Assembly: GCA_963815455.1 (NCBI GenBank)
Contig: CAWFGO010000002.1
Coordinates: 64,001 to 128,000, forward strand
Length of the DNA stretch: 64,000 nt
Direction of reading: 5' to 3'
From: an uncultured Verrucomicrobiae bacterium
GTDB lineage: Bacteria > Verrucomicrobiota > Verrucomicrobiia > Chthoniobacterales > UBA10450
Shown here: one piece after another, positions 1 to 10,622 of the stretch
Layout of the letters: each line of letters begins with the position of its first letter
Numbering within the stretch: position 1 is the first letter of the stretch
Translations under genes and position numbers: made by a program
Notes under the pieces: model-generated
Seen by the model: the letters and a program-made list of their open reading frames with translations, nothing else
Told to the model about the DNA's origin: nothing
Database searches by the model: none

Positions 1-2006
1 TGATCCGCCGTGACGGACGCGACCTTGCCGCTCTCGGTTGAGAGAAGAACGGCGTGCGAATCGCGCGCTACCTTCGCCTCCAGACCGGTGCCGACCAACG
101 GCGCTTCGGAAACAATCAACGGCACGCCCTGGCGCTGCATGTTGGAACCCATGAGCGCGCGATTGGCATCATCGTGCTCCAGGAACGGAACCAGCCCCGC
201 CGCCACCGAAACCAGCTGCTTGGGCGAAACATCCATGTAATGGACCTTCGACGGCTCGACTTCCAAAAAGTCGCCGCGGTAACGGACCGAAACTTTTTCG
301 CCGGTGAAATGTCGGCGCCCGTCAATCGGCGCATTGGCCTGGGCAACGAGATAATTTTCTTCGCGATCGCCAGTGAGATAATCGATCTCGTCGGTGACCC
401 GGCCGTTGTGCACCTTCTGGTACGGCGTCTCGATAAATCCAAATTCGTTGATCCGCGCGAAAGTCGACATCGAGCTGATCAGACCGATGTTCGGACCTTC
501 CGGCGTCTCGATCGGACAAATCCGTCCGTAATGCGACGGATGAACGTCGCGCACTTCGAATCCGGCGCGATCCCGGCTTAGACCGCCAGGCCCGAGCGCC
601 GACAAACGTCGTTTATGGGTCAACTCCGCCAGCGGATTGGTCTGGTCCATGAACTGCGACAACTGCGAGCGGCCGAAGAAATCGCGAATCACCGCGCTCA
701 GCGCTTTCGGGTTGATCAGCTTTTGCGGCGTCATCCCGTCCACGTTGATGTCGAACAATGTCATGCGCTCTTTCACCAGGCGCTCGGTCCGAGCCAGGCC
801 CACCCGGCATTGATTGGCCAGCAATTCGCCCACGGTGCGCACGCGACGGCTTCCCAAATGATCGATATCGTCCAAAGTGCCTTCGCCCCGGCGCAGATTG
901 ACCAAATATTTGATCGCACCGATGAAATCCTTGTCGGTCAAAATCCGCTCGCCAAGATCGACATCGATGCTGAGTTTCTGATTGATCTTGTAGCGACCGA
1001 CCCGGCCCAAATCGTATTTTTTCGAATCGAAAAAGAGCCGTTTGAGCAAGGCCCTCGCATTCGCCACCGTGGGCGGATCGCCAGGACGCAGCTTGCGATA
1101 AATGTCCTTGAGCGCTTCTTCCTGATCGTGCGCCGGATCTTTCCGGAGCGCTTTCACCACGGTGTCGTCATTCGAGATATCGATGACTTTCACTTCCTTG
1201 ATCTTGAGCGCCATGATCTCGCGGACCGTCGCCAGCGTGAGCGGCTCGAATGCGCGCGCAACCGTGACTTCCCCGTCCATGATTTCGGCCGTGAGCACCT
1301 TGGTGGCGAGCTTCTCTTCGTCGAGCTTCTCGCTTAGCTTGAGGGTCTCGATGTTATAGAAAAGCTTGATGACTTCTTCGTCCGTTCCGTATCCGAGCGC
1401 CCGGAGAAAAGTCGTGGCCAGGAATTTCCGGCGGCGTTTGCGACGATCGAGATAGATATACAGCAGATCGGCGGTATCGAATTGCACCTCGATCCACGAC
1501 CCGCGATCCGGAATGATGCGGAAACTGTAGAGTACCTTGCCGTTGACGTGGATGGTCGATTCAAACGCGATACCCGGCGATCGATGCAACTGGCTCACCA
1601 CCACGCGCTCCGCGCCATTGATGACGAACGTGCCCTGTGCCGTCATGAGCGGGATTTCGCCCATGTAAACTTTCTCTTCCTTCGTCCCCTTTTCTTCACG
1701 GAGCTGGAACGTCACATGCAACGGCGCGCTGTAAGTCTGGCCCTCCCGCTGCGCCTCGAGCGCACTCAATTTCGGCTCGCCGATCTCGTAATGGCTGAAA
1801 TCGAGCACCGCTTTTTCATCGTAGCTCTCAATCGGAAAAACCTCCTTGAAAACAGCCTGCAATCCCTGGTTCTTCCGTTTGGAAAACGGGACGTCTTTTT
1901 GGAGAAAATCGACGTAAGAATTGAGCTGAACTTCGATCAAGTTCGGCGGCTCGATGGCTTCTTTGATTGTTCCGAAGTGAATCCGTTCCGAGTTTCTTTC
2001 CGACAT
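1..2006 (-). CDS. rpoB: RNA polymerase beta subunit, runs off window start
   Basis: Minus-strand translation from ATG 2006 gives MSERNSERIHFGTIKEAIEPPNLIEVQ...; includes GTFVINGAERVVVSQLHRSPG and RDVHPSHYGRICPIETPEGPNIGL; follows rplL. Confidence 0.98.
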   Translation of the reverse strand, partial: MSERNSERIHFGTIKEAIEPPNLIEVQLNSYVDFLQKDVPFSKRKNQGLQAVFKEVFPIESYDEKAVLDFSHYEIGEPKLSALEAQREGQTYSAPLHVTFQLREEKGTKEEKVYMGEIPLMTAQGTFVINGAERVVVSQLHRSPGIAFESTIHVNGKVLYSFRIIPDRGSWIEVQFDTADLLYIYLDRRKRRRKFLATTFLRALGYGTDEEVIKLFYNIETLKLSEKLDEEKLATKVLTAEIMDGEVTVARAFEPLTLATVREIMALKIKEVKVIDISNDDTVVKALRKDPAHDQEEALKDIYRKLRPGDPPTVANARALLKRLFFDSKKYDLGRVGRYKINQKLSIDVDLGERILTDKDFIGAIKYLVNLRRGEGTLDDIDHLGSRRVRTVGELLANQCRVGLARTERLVKERMTLFDINVDGMTPQKLINPKALSAVIRDFFGRSQLSQFMDQTNPLAELTHKRRLSALGPGGLSRDRAGFEVRDVHPSHYGRICPIETPEGPNIGLISSMSTFARINEFGFIETPYQKVHNGRVTDEIDYLTGDREENYLVAQANAPIDGRRHFTGEKVSVRYRGDFLEVEPSKVHYMDVSPKQLVSVAAGLVPFLEHDDANRALMGSNMQRQGVPLIVSEAPLVGTGLEAKVARDSHAVLLSTESGKVASVTAD

Positions 2007-2326
2007 AATCACTAGATCAAGGGTTACAAACCCATGCCGGCCACAATAAATGGCGGCCGACGCAGGTAAGGTGTTTCAGGGGGTCAGGGACGCGCGAAGA
2101 GCGCAAAAATGGCAGCAAAACAGCAGGCTGTCAAATCGACCGCCTCCGTTCTGTTGCCAATCTTGTATTCTGCCCTTGGACGCCGGGTTAGCAATACTTC
2201 TAACAGAGTCTGACGGTAAAGGAAATTAGCCCCAACGCAAGCAAAAAAACTCCCATCGCTGGGGTACAAAACAAACGTGAAGACTCCGACGAATCAGAGT
2301 CTCCACGCTGAAAAAAGAAATTGTTA

Positions 2327-2710
2327 TTATTTGATCTCGACCTTGGCTCCGGCCGCTTCGATCTTTTTCTTGATCTCGTCGGCTTCGGCTTTGGTCACGC
2401 CTTCCTTGATCGGTTTGGGCGCACTTTCCACCAATGCTTTCGCTTCGGCTAATCCAAGTCCGGGCACCGCGCTGCGAACTTCCTTGATCACACCGATCTT
2501 GTTCGAGCCAGTTTCCTTCAGGATGACGTCGAAGGTGGTTTTCTCCTCAGCCGCGGGAGCTGCTGCGCCCCCGACACCAGTCGGGGCTGCCGCCGCTACC
2601 GGAGCCGCTGCGCTCACGCCCCATTTTTCTTCGAGTTCTTTTACCAATCCAGCAATCTCAAGCACGGACATGCCGCTGAGTTGCTCCACCATTTTAGCTG
2701 TATCTGCCAT
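2327..2710 (-). CDS. rplL: 50S ribosomal protein L7/L12
   Basis: [39 protein letters not shown] ribosome-binding site upstream of ATG 2710. Confidence 0.98.
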   Translation of the reverse strand: MADTAKMVEQLSGMSVLEIAGLVKELEEKWGVSAAAPVAAAAPTGVGGAAAPAAEEKTTFDVILKETGSNKIGVIKEVRSAVPGLGLAEAKALVESAPKPIKEGVTKAEADEIKKKIEAAGAKVEIK

Positions 2711-2839
2711 TTTATTTTCCTCCAATTGCCGCCGGCGAAAGCCTCCGCCGATTTAACCCCGAAAGCCTTCGGGGCGGACAGTTTTAGTTTCGTTGCTCGC
2801 CCAGCACTTTGACTAGCAAAGGGCTGAGCGAAATTCCTT

Positions 2840-3538
2840 CTATCCGCCGTCCTCCGGGTTTGATTTTTCTTCAACCGGAGTTTCCGCGGACGCGACTGGC
2901 GTTGCTTCGGAGACCGGTGTTTCCGCGGCTGCTGCCGGAGCCGGCGATTCCACGGGTGCTTCCGCTGCCGGTGCCTCTGCTTTCGGCGCTGGTTCTGCCG
3001 GAGCTGGAGCCGGCGCCGGCTTTTCCGCTGGCATTGATCTTTCTCTCGCGCCCATTAATCGGGCAAAAGCCGAGGCGGGTTCGTTCAGTACCCGCACCAG
3101 GCGAGTCGCCGGCGCCATGAGCAATCCAAGCAATTGTGAAAGCAACACTTCGCGCGACGGCAGGTCGGCCAGTGTTTCCAATTCGGCAGTCGACATCACC
3201 GCCCGATCGACTAGCCCAATCTTGAGCGCGGCAACCTTAAATTCAGTCGCAAACGTCTTTAACACTTTCGCCACCGGCGCGACATCTTTCTCGCCCGTCA
3301 CGACAGCCGTCTGACCGATCAATTTCTCACTCACGTCCGGGAAACCGGAATCGGTCATGGCCCGCTTCAGGAAATTGTTTTTGACCACGTGGACTTCCGC
3401 GCCCGCAGGGGCGAGCCGGTTCCGCAGTTCGCCAAAATCCCCAACTTTCATGCGCTGGTAATCGGCCACCAGCACAAACGGCGAGCGCTTCAGTTTCTCG
3501 GACAACTCCGAAACGATGCTGGCTTTTTCCGGCCTCAT
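2840..3538 (-). CDS. rplJ: 50S ribosomal protein L10 with Ala/Pro/Glu-rich C-terminal extension
   Basis: VVKNNFLKRA, LADLPSREVLLSQLLG; lies between rplA and rplL. Confidence 0.95.
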   Translation of the reverse strand: MRPEKASIVSELSEKLKRSPFVLVADYQRMKVGDFGELRNRLAPAGAEVHVVKNNFLKRAMTDSGFPDVSEKLIGQTAVVTGEKDVAPVAKVLKTFATEFKVAALKIGLVDRAVMSTAELETLADLPSREVLLSQLLGLLMAPATRLVRVLNEPASAFARLMGARERSMPAEKPAPAPAPAEPAPKAEAPAAEAPVESPAPAAAAETPVSEATPVASAETPVEEKSNPEDGG

Positions 3539-3546
3539 GTTGTGAT

Positions 3547-3613
3547 GTAGCATCGGCATCCTGCCGATGGTCCGAGCCGGACTGGCGATTCATGGGCTGG
3601 AAGCCCATGCCAC
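3547..3613. repeat. REP doublet, GTRGCAT family
   Basis: gtagcatcggcatcctgccgatg...catgggctggaagcccatgccac; two hairpins in inverted orientation; similar copies at 37212-37270 and 62332-62380. Confidence 0.8.
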
Positions 3614-3651
3614 TTATTAGCTTTCTCTGATCGCATATAAATTCCTGGTTA

Positions 3652-4359
3652 TTATGCCCCGACGCTCAAATACGGCGACGGATCGACGTGAACGCCGGGC
3701 GACATGGTCGCACTAACCGTCACGCTTTCAAGGTAGCGCCCTTTCGCCGTCGCCGGACGGGCCCGCACCACCGCTTCGATCACAGCGTTGCCGTTTTCCA
3801 CGAGCGCATTTTGTTCAAATGAAAATTTCCCCACCGGCACGGCGACATTGCCATTCTTATCGAGCTTGAACTCGACCCGCCCGGCTTTTACTTCCTGCAC
3901 CGCTTTCGCCGTGTCTTCGGTCACGGTTCCGGTCTTCGGGTTCGGCATCAGTCCGCGAGGGCCGAGCACTTTTCCGAGCTTGCGCACTTCGGCCATCGCC
4001 GTAGGCGTCGCCACCGCCACATCGAAATCCTGAAAACCATCCTGAACTTTCTTAATCAGATCCTCGAACCCGACATGTTCCGCGCCGGCATCCTTCGCCG
4101 CTTGCGCGGCCGCACCCTGGGCAAAAACCAGCACTCGCACCGTTTTCCCGCTGCCGTGCGGAAGCGGACACGTCCCCCGCACCATTTGATCGGATTGTTT
4201 GGGATCGACACTGAGCCGGAACGAAACCGTCACGGTCTGATCGAACTTCGTCGGCGGAAATTTCTTCAACGTCGCGACGGCGTCGCTGAGGTTATAAGAC
4301 TTGGTCCGGTCCACCTGTTCGGCGGCGGCGCGATATCTTTTCGAACGATTGTTTTGCAT
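3652..4359 (-). CDS. rplA: 50S ribosomal protein L1
   Basis: KFDQTV, LGKVLGPRGLMPNPKTGTVT, KAGRVEFKLDKNG. Confidence 0.98.
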   Translation of the reverse strand: MQNNRSKRYRAAAEQVDRTKSYNLSDAVATLKKFPPTKFDQTVTVSFRLSVDPKQSDQMVRGTCPLPHGSGKTVRVLVFAQGAAAQAAKDAGAEHVGFEDLIKKVQDGFQDFDVAVATPTAMAEVRKLGKVLGPRGLMPNPKTGTVTEDTAKAVQEVKAGRVEFKLDKNGNVAVPVGKFSFEQNALVENGNAVIEAVVRARPATAKGRYLESVTVSATMSPGVHVDPSPYLSVGA

Positions 4360-4367
4360 GGCTTTGT

Positions 4368-4396
4368 GCAGTGCGAACGAGCGGAGACTCTCCTGC
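4368..4396 (-). promoter_or_regulatory. Putative L1 autoregulatory (kink-turn-like) site in the rplA leader
   Basis: GCAG-GA-GAG...CTC-GTTCGCA-CTGC bulged stem just upstream of the rplA start. Confidence 0.45.
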
Positions 4397-4413
4397 GGTA
4401 AGTCGGGACGCGC

Positions 4414-4441
4414 ACAATAAAGCAAAGCCACCGGCTGTCAA
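4414..4441 (-). promoter_or_regulatory. Putative sigma70 promoter for rplA-rplJ-rplL
   Basis: TTGACA-N16-TATTGT on the minus strand. Confidence 0.6.
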
Positions 4442-4564
4442 ACCACGAATTAACACCAATAAACACGAATCAGGGAGGATCGCTGTAGCTTCGGCTGTCC
4501 CCGGCCTCTACAGCCGTTCCCGCCGTCCCTCCGCCCGATTCGTGCCTATTCGTGCAATTCGTGT
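4442..4564. repeat. Inverted CACGAAT-type repeat element with nested GTAG hairpin
   Basis: accacgaattaacaccaataaacacgaat...attcgtgcctattcgtgcaattcgtgt; similar CACGGAT-type element at about 46369-46504. Confidence 0.55.
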
Positions 4565-4620
4565 CTCAACCTCGTTTTTGCCTTGCAAAATTTCCCATGA
4601 TCCTGGTAAAAACAGTGATT

Positions 4621-5493
4621 ATGAAACGCCCCACCGTTTATAAACTGTCGATCCTCGCCGTTATCCTGTTTGGCTTGGCCAATCTAACCTCCGCCCGCCC
4701 GATCGAGTTCAGTGAGCTTTCGCTCCTGGTTCGCGCCCGCGAGAGCGAGAACTCAATCAAGAACGACGTTGCCGAGCGCAAATTGATGCATGCGCTGACG
4801 CCGCAACAGGAGAGCAAATTGAAAGCCGAAGGGGCAAGCGATTCGCTGATAAATTCTTTGCGTAATCCAAACCAGATCGTGTCGAAAGATGAAGCGGCTG
4901 CCTTCGAGAGCGCAAGCGCGCAAAAAGCGAAAGCCGCTCCGGCAGGCAGCGTAGGATCGACAACTGGCCGCGCCGAGCAGGGAAAATTATACGTTTTCGA
5001 TGTCGCGCTGGGGCATCCAATCAATCTCAGCCAATGGGGTGGCTATGATTACGAGCTGGCGTTCTATTCCTACCGTTGCGCCGGTGAAGACATTGTCGAG
5101 CCGGTTCTCATCGATCCGGTTCGGACAATCTCTGTGGTCAGCCGAGTTATTCCTACCCAGGGTTCGAGCGAGGATGAAACGTTCGCGGACAATGGTTTCA
5201 CTCGCGATTGGTATCGCCGTCAGCGTTTCATGGCCACCGATAATGATGGCCACCGATTCACGCCCTACGATGCCCGGCGCGATTTGAAGGACGATCGCTT
5301 CAACTTCAGCGACACCGTCGCGGCGAGTTCGTACTCGGCTTCCCGTCCATTAGCCATCGATTGGAGCAGTCCGGTCACAATTGAAGGCGTCCCTTATGCG
5401 CTGTATCCCGTTTACGGCGCCGGCGGTGTCTCGCTTTACTACATCGGCGGTTCGAGCACTTCGGTTAGGCTGGCAGTCAGCACCAACCGATAG
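4621..5493 (+). CDS. Hypothetical secreted protein
   Basis: Long ORF with signal peptide MKRPTVYKLSILAVILFGLANLTSA; no family recognised. Confidence 0.7.
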   Translation: MKRPTVYKLSILAVILFGLANLTSARPIEFSELSLLVRARESENSIKNDVAERKLMHALTPQQESKLKAEGASDSLINSLRNPNQIVSKDEAAAFESASAQKAKAAPAGSVGSTTGRAEQGKLYVFDVALGHPINLSQWGGYDYELAFYSYRCAGEDIVEPVLIDPVRTISVVSRVIPTQGSSEDETFADNGFTRDWYRRQRFMATDNDGHRFTPYDARRDLKDDRFNFSDTVAASSYSASRPLAIDWSSPVTIEGVPYALYPVYGAGGVSLYYIGGSSTSVRLAVSTNR

Positions 5494-5496
5494 AGC

Positions 5497-6864
5497 TCAA
5501 TCAACCGGGATCTCAGCAGCGGAAACGTCCGTTGAAACGGTCGGCCCCGGGGTAGCCGGGCCGTTCCGGATGATCTTTCCCTCCTTCATCACGAACGAGA
5601 CGCGTTCGGTCGCGGTGATGTCGGAAGTCGGATCGCCGGGCATGGCCACGATGTCGGCCAGTTTTCCTTTCTCCAACGTGCCAACTTTCTGCGCGATGCC
5701 GAAAAGTTCGGCGTCGGTTGCCGTTGCAGCTTTCAACGCATCGATCGGCGCCATCCCGAGATCGACCATGAGTTTGAATTCCTTGGCGTTCTGGCCGTGC
5801 GGGAAAACGGCGGCATCCGTTCCGAAGGAAATTTTAACTCCGATTTTCACTGCGTTCCGAAACATTTCTGTGCGCGCCGCCGTCGCCGCTTTCGCTTTGT
5901 CTTGGAGCGGCTTGGGATAATTGCCGATCTTTTGCATGATCCATTCCGACGCCATCAACGTGGGCGTGAGATAAGTTCCTTTCGCTTTCATCTTGGCTAA
6001 CGTATCAGGTTTTAAGAACGAACCGTGCTCGATCGAATCGACCCCGGCGTCGATCGCTTCGCGGGCGGCTTGATCGCCATGGCAATGCACTGCCACTTTC
6101 TTGCGCAAGCGGTGCGATTCATCCACCAGGGCTGCCATTTCTGCCGGCGTCAATTGCGGTGTGTCCACTTCATCGGCTAACGAAAGAACTCCGCCGGAGA
6201 CCGCAGCTTTGATCACATCCGCGCCATTTTTCACTTCGAACCGCACCGCTTTTCGAACGTCATCCGGACTATCGACAATGCCATCGGTGTAATCCGGTTC
6301 GCGCCCAAAAAGAAAATCGCGAAACCCGCTGGTGGGATCGAAATGGCCACCCGTGGCGCCGATTCCCTTCGTCGCCACGAGCATTCTCGGACCGACAATC
6401 ACGCCTTTATTGATCGAATTGCGCAATGCAACATCGACAAACTCGCGGCTGCCAACGAACCGGCTGCCGAGATCGCGCACTGTTGTGAATCCCGCTTCGA
6501 CTGTCGCGCGCGCGTAAGTCGTCGCTTTGATCGCCTGCTCGGCCACGTTGAGATCGAGCTCGTGGAGCCGCCGAACGTTGTAGTCGCCGGAAAAATCCAA
6601 TGTCAGATGCGAATGAGCGTCCATGAATCCCGGCGAGAGCGTGGCATCGCCGAGATCGATAACTTTCGCGGCGTCCGGCACGGCCAGGTTACTGGCAACA
6701 TCGACAATCTTGTCGCCTTGCACGATCACGACAGCGCTCTGTAAAAGCGTCTTGGATTTCCCGTCGAACATGCGGGCCGCTTTGAGGGCAACGACTTGAT
6801 CGGCTGCACGCGCCGAAACTACCAGACACAAGCAAGCGACAAAAATTTGGGAAAGAATCTTCAT
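5497..6864 (-). CDS. Secreted metal-dependent amidohydrolase (Xaa-Pro dipeptidase-like)
   Basis: PGFMDAHSH, GFTTVRDLG, SIEHG, FGTDA, GKLADIV motifs; signal peptide. Confidence 0.9.
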   Translation of the reverse strand: MKILSQIFVACLCLVVSARAADQVVALKAARMFDGKSKTLLQSAVVIVQGDKIVDVASNLAVPDAAKVIDLGDATLSPGFMDAHSHLTLDFSGDYNVRRLHELDLNVAEQAIKATTYARATVEAGFTTVRDLGSRFVGSREFVDVALRNSINKGVIVGPRMLVATKGIGATGGHFDPTSGFRDFLFGREPDYTDGIVDSPDDVRKAVRFEVKNGADVIKAAVSGGVLSLADEVDTPQLTPAEMAALVDESHRLRKKVAVHCHGDQAAREAIDAGVDSIEHGSFLKPDTLAKMKAKGTYLTPTLMASEWIMQKIGNYPKPLQDKAKAATAARTEMFRNAVKIGVKISFGTDAAVFPHGQNAKEFKLMVDLGMAPIDALKAATATDAELFGIAQKVGTLEKGKLADIVAMPGDPTSDITATERVSFVMKEGKIIRNGPATPGPTVSTDVSAAEIPVD

Positions 6865-6914
6865 TGTGCCGGTTTAGAAGTAATCGCTGTGCCTGGCAAG
6901 AAAGGAAACCACCT

Positions 6915-7052
6915 GGAGGGCGCCGCCGTTCCCCGAAAAAGCGATGCGGAGACGCATCGCACTCCTCAAGCTTCGCGAAATGTTACGCACGCTTCCATTA
7001 TTTTCGCGCGCGCATGCGCGCTTTCGGAGTGCGGGGCGTCCTCGCACCGCTT
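6915..7052. repeat. GGAG-family REP-like palindromes
   Basis: aagcgatgcggagacgcatcgcactcc and its inverted partner ggagtgcggggcgtcctcgcaccgctt. Confidence 0.55.
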
Positions 7053-7056
7053 AATC

Positions 7057-8046
7057 TCAATCCCTCGTCAGTGGCCCCATTTTCACCACTTCCAAGTCGC
7101 TCCCTTTCACACGCTTGATCGCGCCCAAGGCCTCGTCGTCCCAGCGATCGTCGGGCGCGCCCGAGATGAACCAGTCGCCGCCGTTGTCGGCCAGGATCAT
7201 GCCGTAGATTTTAAGACAACGCAGAATCACCTGCGCGGCTTCGGGAAATTTGGAGATGTCGTAATCCGCCTTCAATCGCACCCGTAATCCCATCGGCGGC
7301 AGCGATGAGTCTTTGCTTTCGCTGGCATAATGCGATGCGGGCGGCACGTAGGCTCGCTGCGTTTTCTGCACCGTGAATCGCAGCGCGTGGCGAATCTCTT
7401 TTTGCTCCATCACTTCGTCGTAGCGCGCCAGGCCGGGGAAAATCGGCAGACCAGCGGCATCGGCGCTGGTCCAACCGGCCGGACGCGACTTATTGCTCTT
7501 CAAATCGAAAACCGCGCCCGCACCGGCGCGCCACGCCTTACCGTCGGGAGAAGCCGAAAAGATTTCGTAAAGCTTTTCGTTGTCGCGGTCGAGCACCAGA
7601 ACATGGCGGTCGCCATCGGCGTCGGCCTTCGGGCCGCCTTCGATCGGCGCATCAGGCGGAATCGGGTATGGGCCGGGATCGCTTTCGTCGGCGTATTCAA
7701 AAGTGAGCGAGACTTTCGGCTGCGTGCCCGCGACGACGACATACGGAATACCGAGCGGCGCGCCCTCATAAGGCGCCCCGAAATCCGGGTGCAGCGGTTT
7801 GTCGGCGCCGATGCTTTTGATGAACGCCGACGATTTGGCGTCCACCGGCAATTTATCAACCGGCGTGTTCCACGGATTATCGTCGGGAAACGGGCGATAG
7901 CCGCGCAAACTCGTGTTGGGACCGAGATGGCGTTGTTCCTTGGCGGGCGATCCCGCAACCAAAACATCATCGCCGCAGACCGAAGCCAACAACAATCCAG
8001 CAAGGCCCAGTGACAGAATCCGATAATTAGCGTTCGAGGCAGGCAT
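7057..8046 (-). CDS. Secreted protein of unknown function
   Basis: 329-aa ORF with signal peptide and motifs FPDDNPWN, YADESDPGPYPIP, GDRHVL, GWTSADAAGLP. Confidence 0.8.
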   Translation of the reverse strand: MPASNANYRILSLGLAGLLLASVCGDDVLVAGSPAKEQRHLGPNTSLRGYRPFPDDNPWNTPVDKLPVDAKSSAFIKSIGADKPLHPDFGAPYEGAPLGIPYVVVAGTQPKVSLTFEYADESDPGPYPIPPDAPIEGGPKADADGDRHVLVLDRDNEKLYEIFSASPDGKAWRAGAGAVFDLKSNKSRPAGWTSADAAGLPIFPGLARYDEVMEQKEIRHALRFTVQKTQRAYVPPASHYASESKDSSLPPMGLRVRLKADYDISKFPEAAQVILRCLKIYGMILADNGGDWFISGAPDDRWDDEALGAIKRVKGSDLEVVKMGPLTRD

Positions 8047-8052
8047 GGGAAC

Positions 8053-8904
8053 TTATTGTCTGGATATCACAACCGCCTTGGCCAGTTGCTCGCCCGCATC
8101 AGTCAAAAAAAAGAGATAGTTTTTGCCTCGCTCCACCGTCACACGGCGCGTCCCTTTCCCGTCCTCAGCCACGCGCTTTTCTTCCCCCTGCGAGCCCTCC
8201 TTCATCCAGACTTTTGCATCCGGATGGTCCGGCCCGCCGTCCCAAGTCAGCGTGACCGTACCCTCAGATTGCCCATCGGGAATGTTAACGACTGTGGGAT
8301 GGGCCGAGATGGTAGGAGAAGCCGTCGAAGACTGCGTTTTCGGCATTTTGCCGCTGCTCTTAATAGGCGGTGTGGCGGTAGGCGGTTCAACAGGCGCCGC
8401 ATCCGCGCACTCCATGTGCGTTTCGCTGTACCAATTTACCTTTATCGAAGGCGTTGCTTGGTTGTAACCGGTGCCCTCAATCCTGCCGGAAGGCCCGATC
8501 GTGCCGTTATAAACGCCAGTGGTGTTGTTGTTCCAATGAATGATCACGTCGAAGTGATCGTCTTTCATGGTGCCGTCGACAGTGCCGCGGACGTTCGCTT
8601 TGCCTTCGATGCCGGGGCCGCCATCTTTTGGTGTCACATCTATTCTATGATTTGCCTTCCCCGTAATCACAGTTCCGTTCTGGTCCAGCTCGAGGTCCAC
8701 ATTGGTTGAGCCTTGTTTAAACCGCCACCCGTGGCCGACGTTCCATTGAGAACACTGAGCTTCCACGGGCGGAGCCGAAAACGCGAAAATGGATGTGAAC
8801 AAAAATCCACCAAGCGCTAGAGCAAACCACCTGCGACGGATTAGTGCCTTGTCGCCGCTTTGGATCACCGGCGGTGACAGAATTGAATGATGTTTTGTTT
8901 TCAT
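8053..8904 (-). CDS. Array unit F: secreted protein with Cys-bounded beta-rich domain and Ig-like domain, no His tail
   Basis: MKTKHHSILS leader, AxA-like cleavage (VEA/QCSQW), ends of first domain HMECAD. Confidence 0.85.
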   Translation of the reverse strand: MKTKHHSILSPPVIQSGDKALIRRRWFALALGGFLFTSIFAFSAPPVEAQCSQWNVGHGWRFKQGSTNVDLELDQNGTVITGKANHRIDVTPKDGGPGIEGKANVRGTVDGTMKDDHFDVIIHWNNNTTGVYNGTIGPSGRIEGTGYNQATPSIKVNWYSETHMECADAAPVEPPTATPPIKSSGKMPKTQSSTASPTISAHPTVVNIPDGQSEGTVTLTWDGGPDHPDAKVWMKEGSQGEEKRVAEDGKGTRRVTVERGKNYLFFLTDAGEQLAKAVVISRQ

Positions 8905-8935
8905 ATGGTTTGGGTTCTGAAACGTTTTCGTCGAT

Positions 8936-9978
8936 CTAATCGTTGCCTTGGTTCTCATCATCGTCGTGATGATGACGGTTCTTATGCTTTTTAGGCTGGT
9001 CTTCCGTGTCGCTCGATGAAGATTCGTCCGCTTCTGGATGCCGGAGCCTAGACCCTCGGGGCCCTTGGGCCGACGAGTTCTCCGCTCTGACAGTAACAGA
9101 GGCCAGGCGCTCCTCGGAGTCGGTCAGAGTAAAGGTATTTTCCCCTGGCTTTATCGGCACCAATTGTGAACCTTTGCTTCTCAGCGGAGCGACGGACTCG
9201 TCGTCGTTGTTTACCTTAATCCTCACTTGGGCGTTCGGGTGGCCGCTTCCTGCATCCCAAGTCAGACGAGTGGATCCGCTGTTTTGCCCGTCGGGAATGT
9301 TAACGACTGTGGGATTGGCCGAGATGGTAGGAGAAGCCGTCGAAGACTGCGTTTTCGGCATTTTGCCGCTGCTCTTAATTGGCGGCGTGGGCTTCGGCAT
9401 CTTGCCGCTGGACTTAATCGGTGTGGCGGTAGGCGGTCCAACAGGCGCCGCAGCCGCGCAATCAAAATGGTGTCGAGGTAAACCATTTTACGGTTTATCG
9501 AACGGCATTCTTGGTTGTAAGCCGTTCCCTGGATGCCGGAAGCTGCCTCGACCTATTGCGCCGTTATAAACGCCAGTGGTGTTGTTAGCCCAATTAATAT
9601 TACGTTGAAACTGTCGCCTTCACGGTGCCGTTGACTCGACCCTGAACGTACGCTTTTTCGCCGAACATCGCCCTTCCCGTAGTCTAGGTATTCCAAATTA
9701 TATTATGGGTCGCAGTCCATTGACTATTTTGCCATTCTGGTGCAGAGTTCGAATCGAAATGATTGCGCCTTTACCCGAGCCTTGTTTGGACCGCCACCTG
9801 GCCGACATCTATTGCTGACAACTGGCTTCCGCGGAAGAAGCCAACAGCGCGAAAATGGATGTGAACAAGAATCCACCAAGCCCGAGGGCAAACCACCTGG
9901 GACAGATCGAATTGTTTCGATTTTGGTCGCCGCTTTGGGTCACCGGCGCTGACAGAATTAATGATGTTTTGTTTTCAT
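8936..9978 (-). pseudogene. Array unit E: paralogue of unit F with His/Asp tail; several frameshifts (decay or sequencing error)
   Basis: ATG 9978 MKTKHH leader; pieces WFALGLGGFLFTSIFA and AEA-C; intact 3' ORF 8936-9400 ending KKHKNRHHHDDDENQGND. Confidence 0.75.
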
Positions 9979-10021
9979 ATGTTTTGGGTTCTGAGATTTT
10001 TTCTCGACTCAAGATGTCGAT

Positions 10022-10579
10022 CTAATCGTTACCCCTGGTCCTGATCGTCGTGGTCGTGCTGATGGGTCTTTTCCACTGGGATGCGGCCGCCGAAGGGTCG
10101 TCCCCGCAGGACATTCTCTTGCTGCCGACCCAGTTTACCCCTTGGGAGGTAGTACCCTCGATTTTGCCACCAGGGCCGACGCTACCCGTAAAGCGGTATT
10201 GCGTCGTACCTATCGTGAGTTACAGAGTGAAGGAATTTATCTGTGATGTTTCCACTTATTATACCGTCCTGTGCTTGTTCGAGGCAGGCGGCAATATGAG
10301 TGCCGTTCCAGTAAGATTCGCGCTCGTCTGTCCCCAGTTCGCCCTGCTGCAGGTTGACGGACACATTCATCCCATTGCCATTTGAATACCCAGTTGTCCG
10401 CTGACATTCCAACGCTTGCACTGCGCTTGCGCTGGAGAAGGCAATAAGGCGCAGACTGAGATGAACAAGATTCCGGGAAGTCCCAATGCAAATAACCTGC
10501 GAGGGACAGTATTGTTTAGGGTTTTGCCGCCGCTGTACCCTGACCGCGCTGACATGATTGACTGAATTTTTGTTTTCAT
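10022..10579 (-). pseudogene. Array unit D: paralogue of unit A; frameshifted
   Basis: MKTKIQSIMSA...SVCALLPSPAQAQCKRWNVSGQ, near-identical to the unit A leader; ends in a remnant of the shared HDDQDQG-ND tail. Confidence 0.75.
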
Positions 10580-10622
10580 ATGTTTTAGTTCTGAGAGGTT
10601 TCTTCGGCTCAAAGATGTCGAT

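Noticed and set aside
54..2015. Long plus-strand ORFs opposite rpoB, and similar ones opposite tuf, nusG, the S41 protease and btuB
   Set aside because: Antisense shadow ORFs expected from GC-rich codon bias; no recognisable motifs
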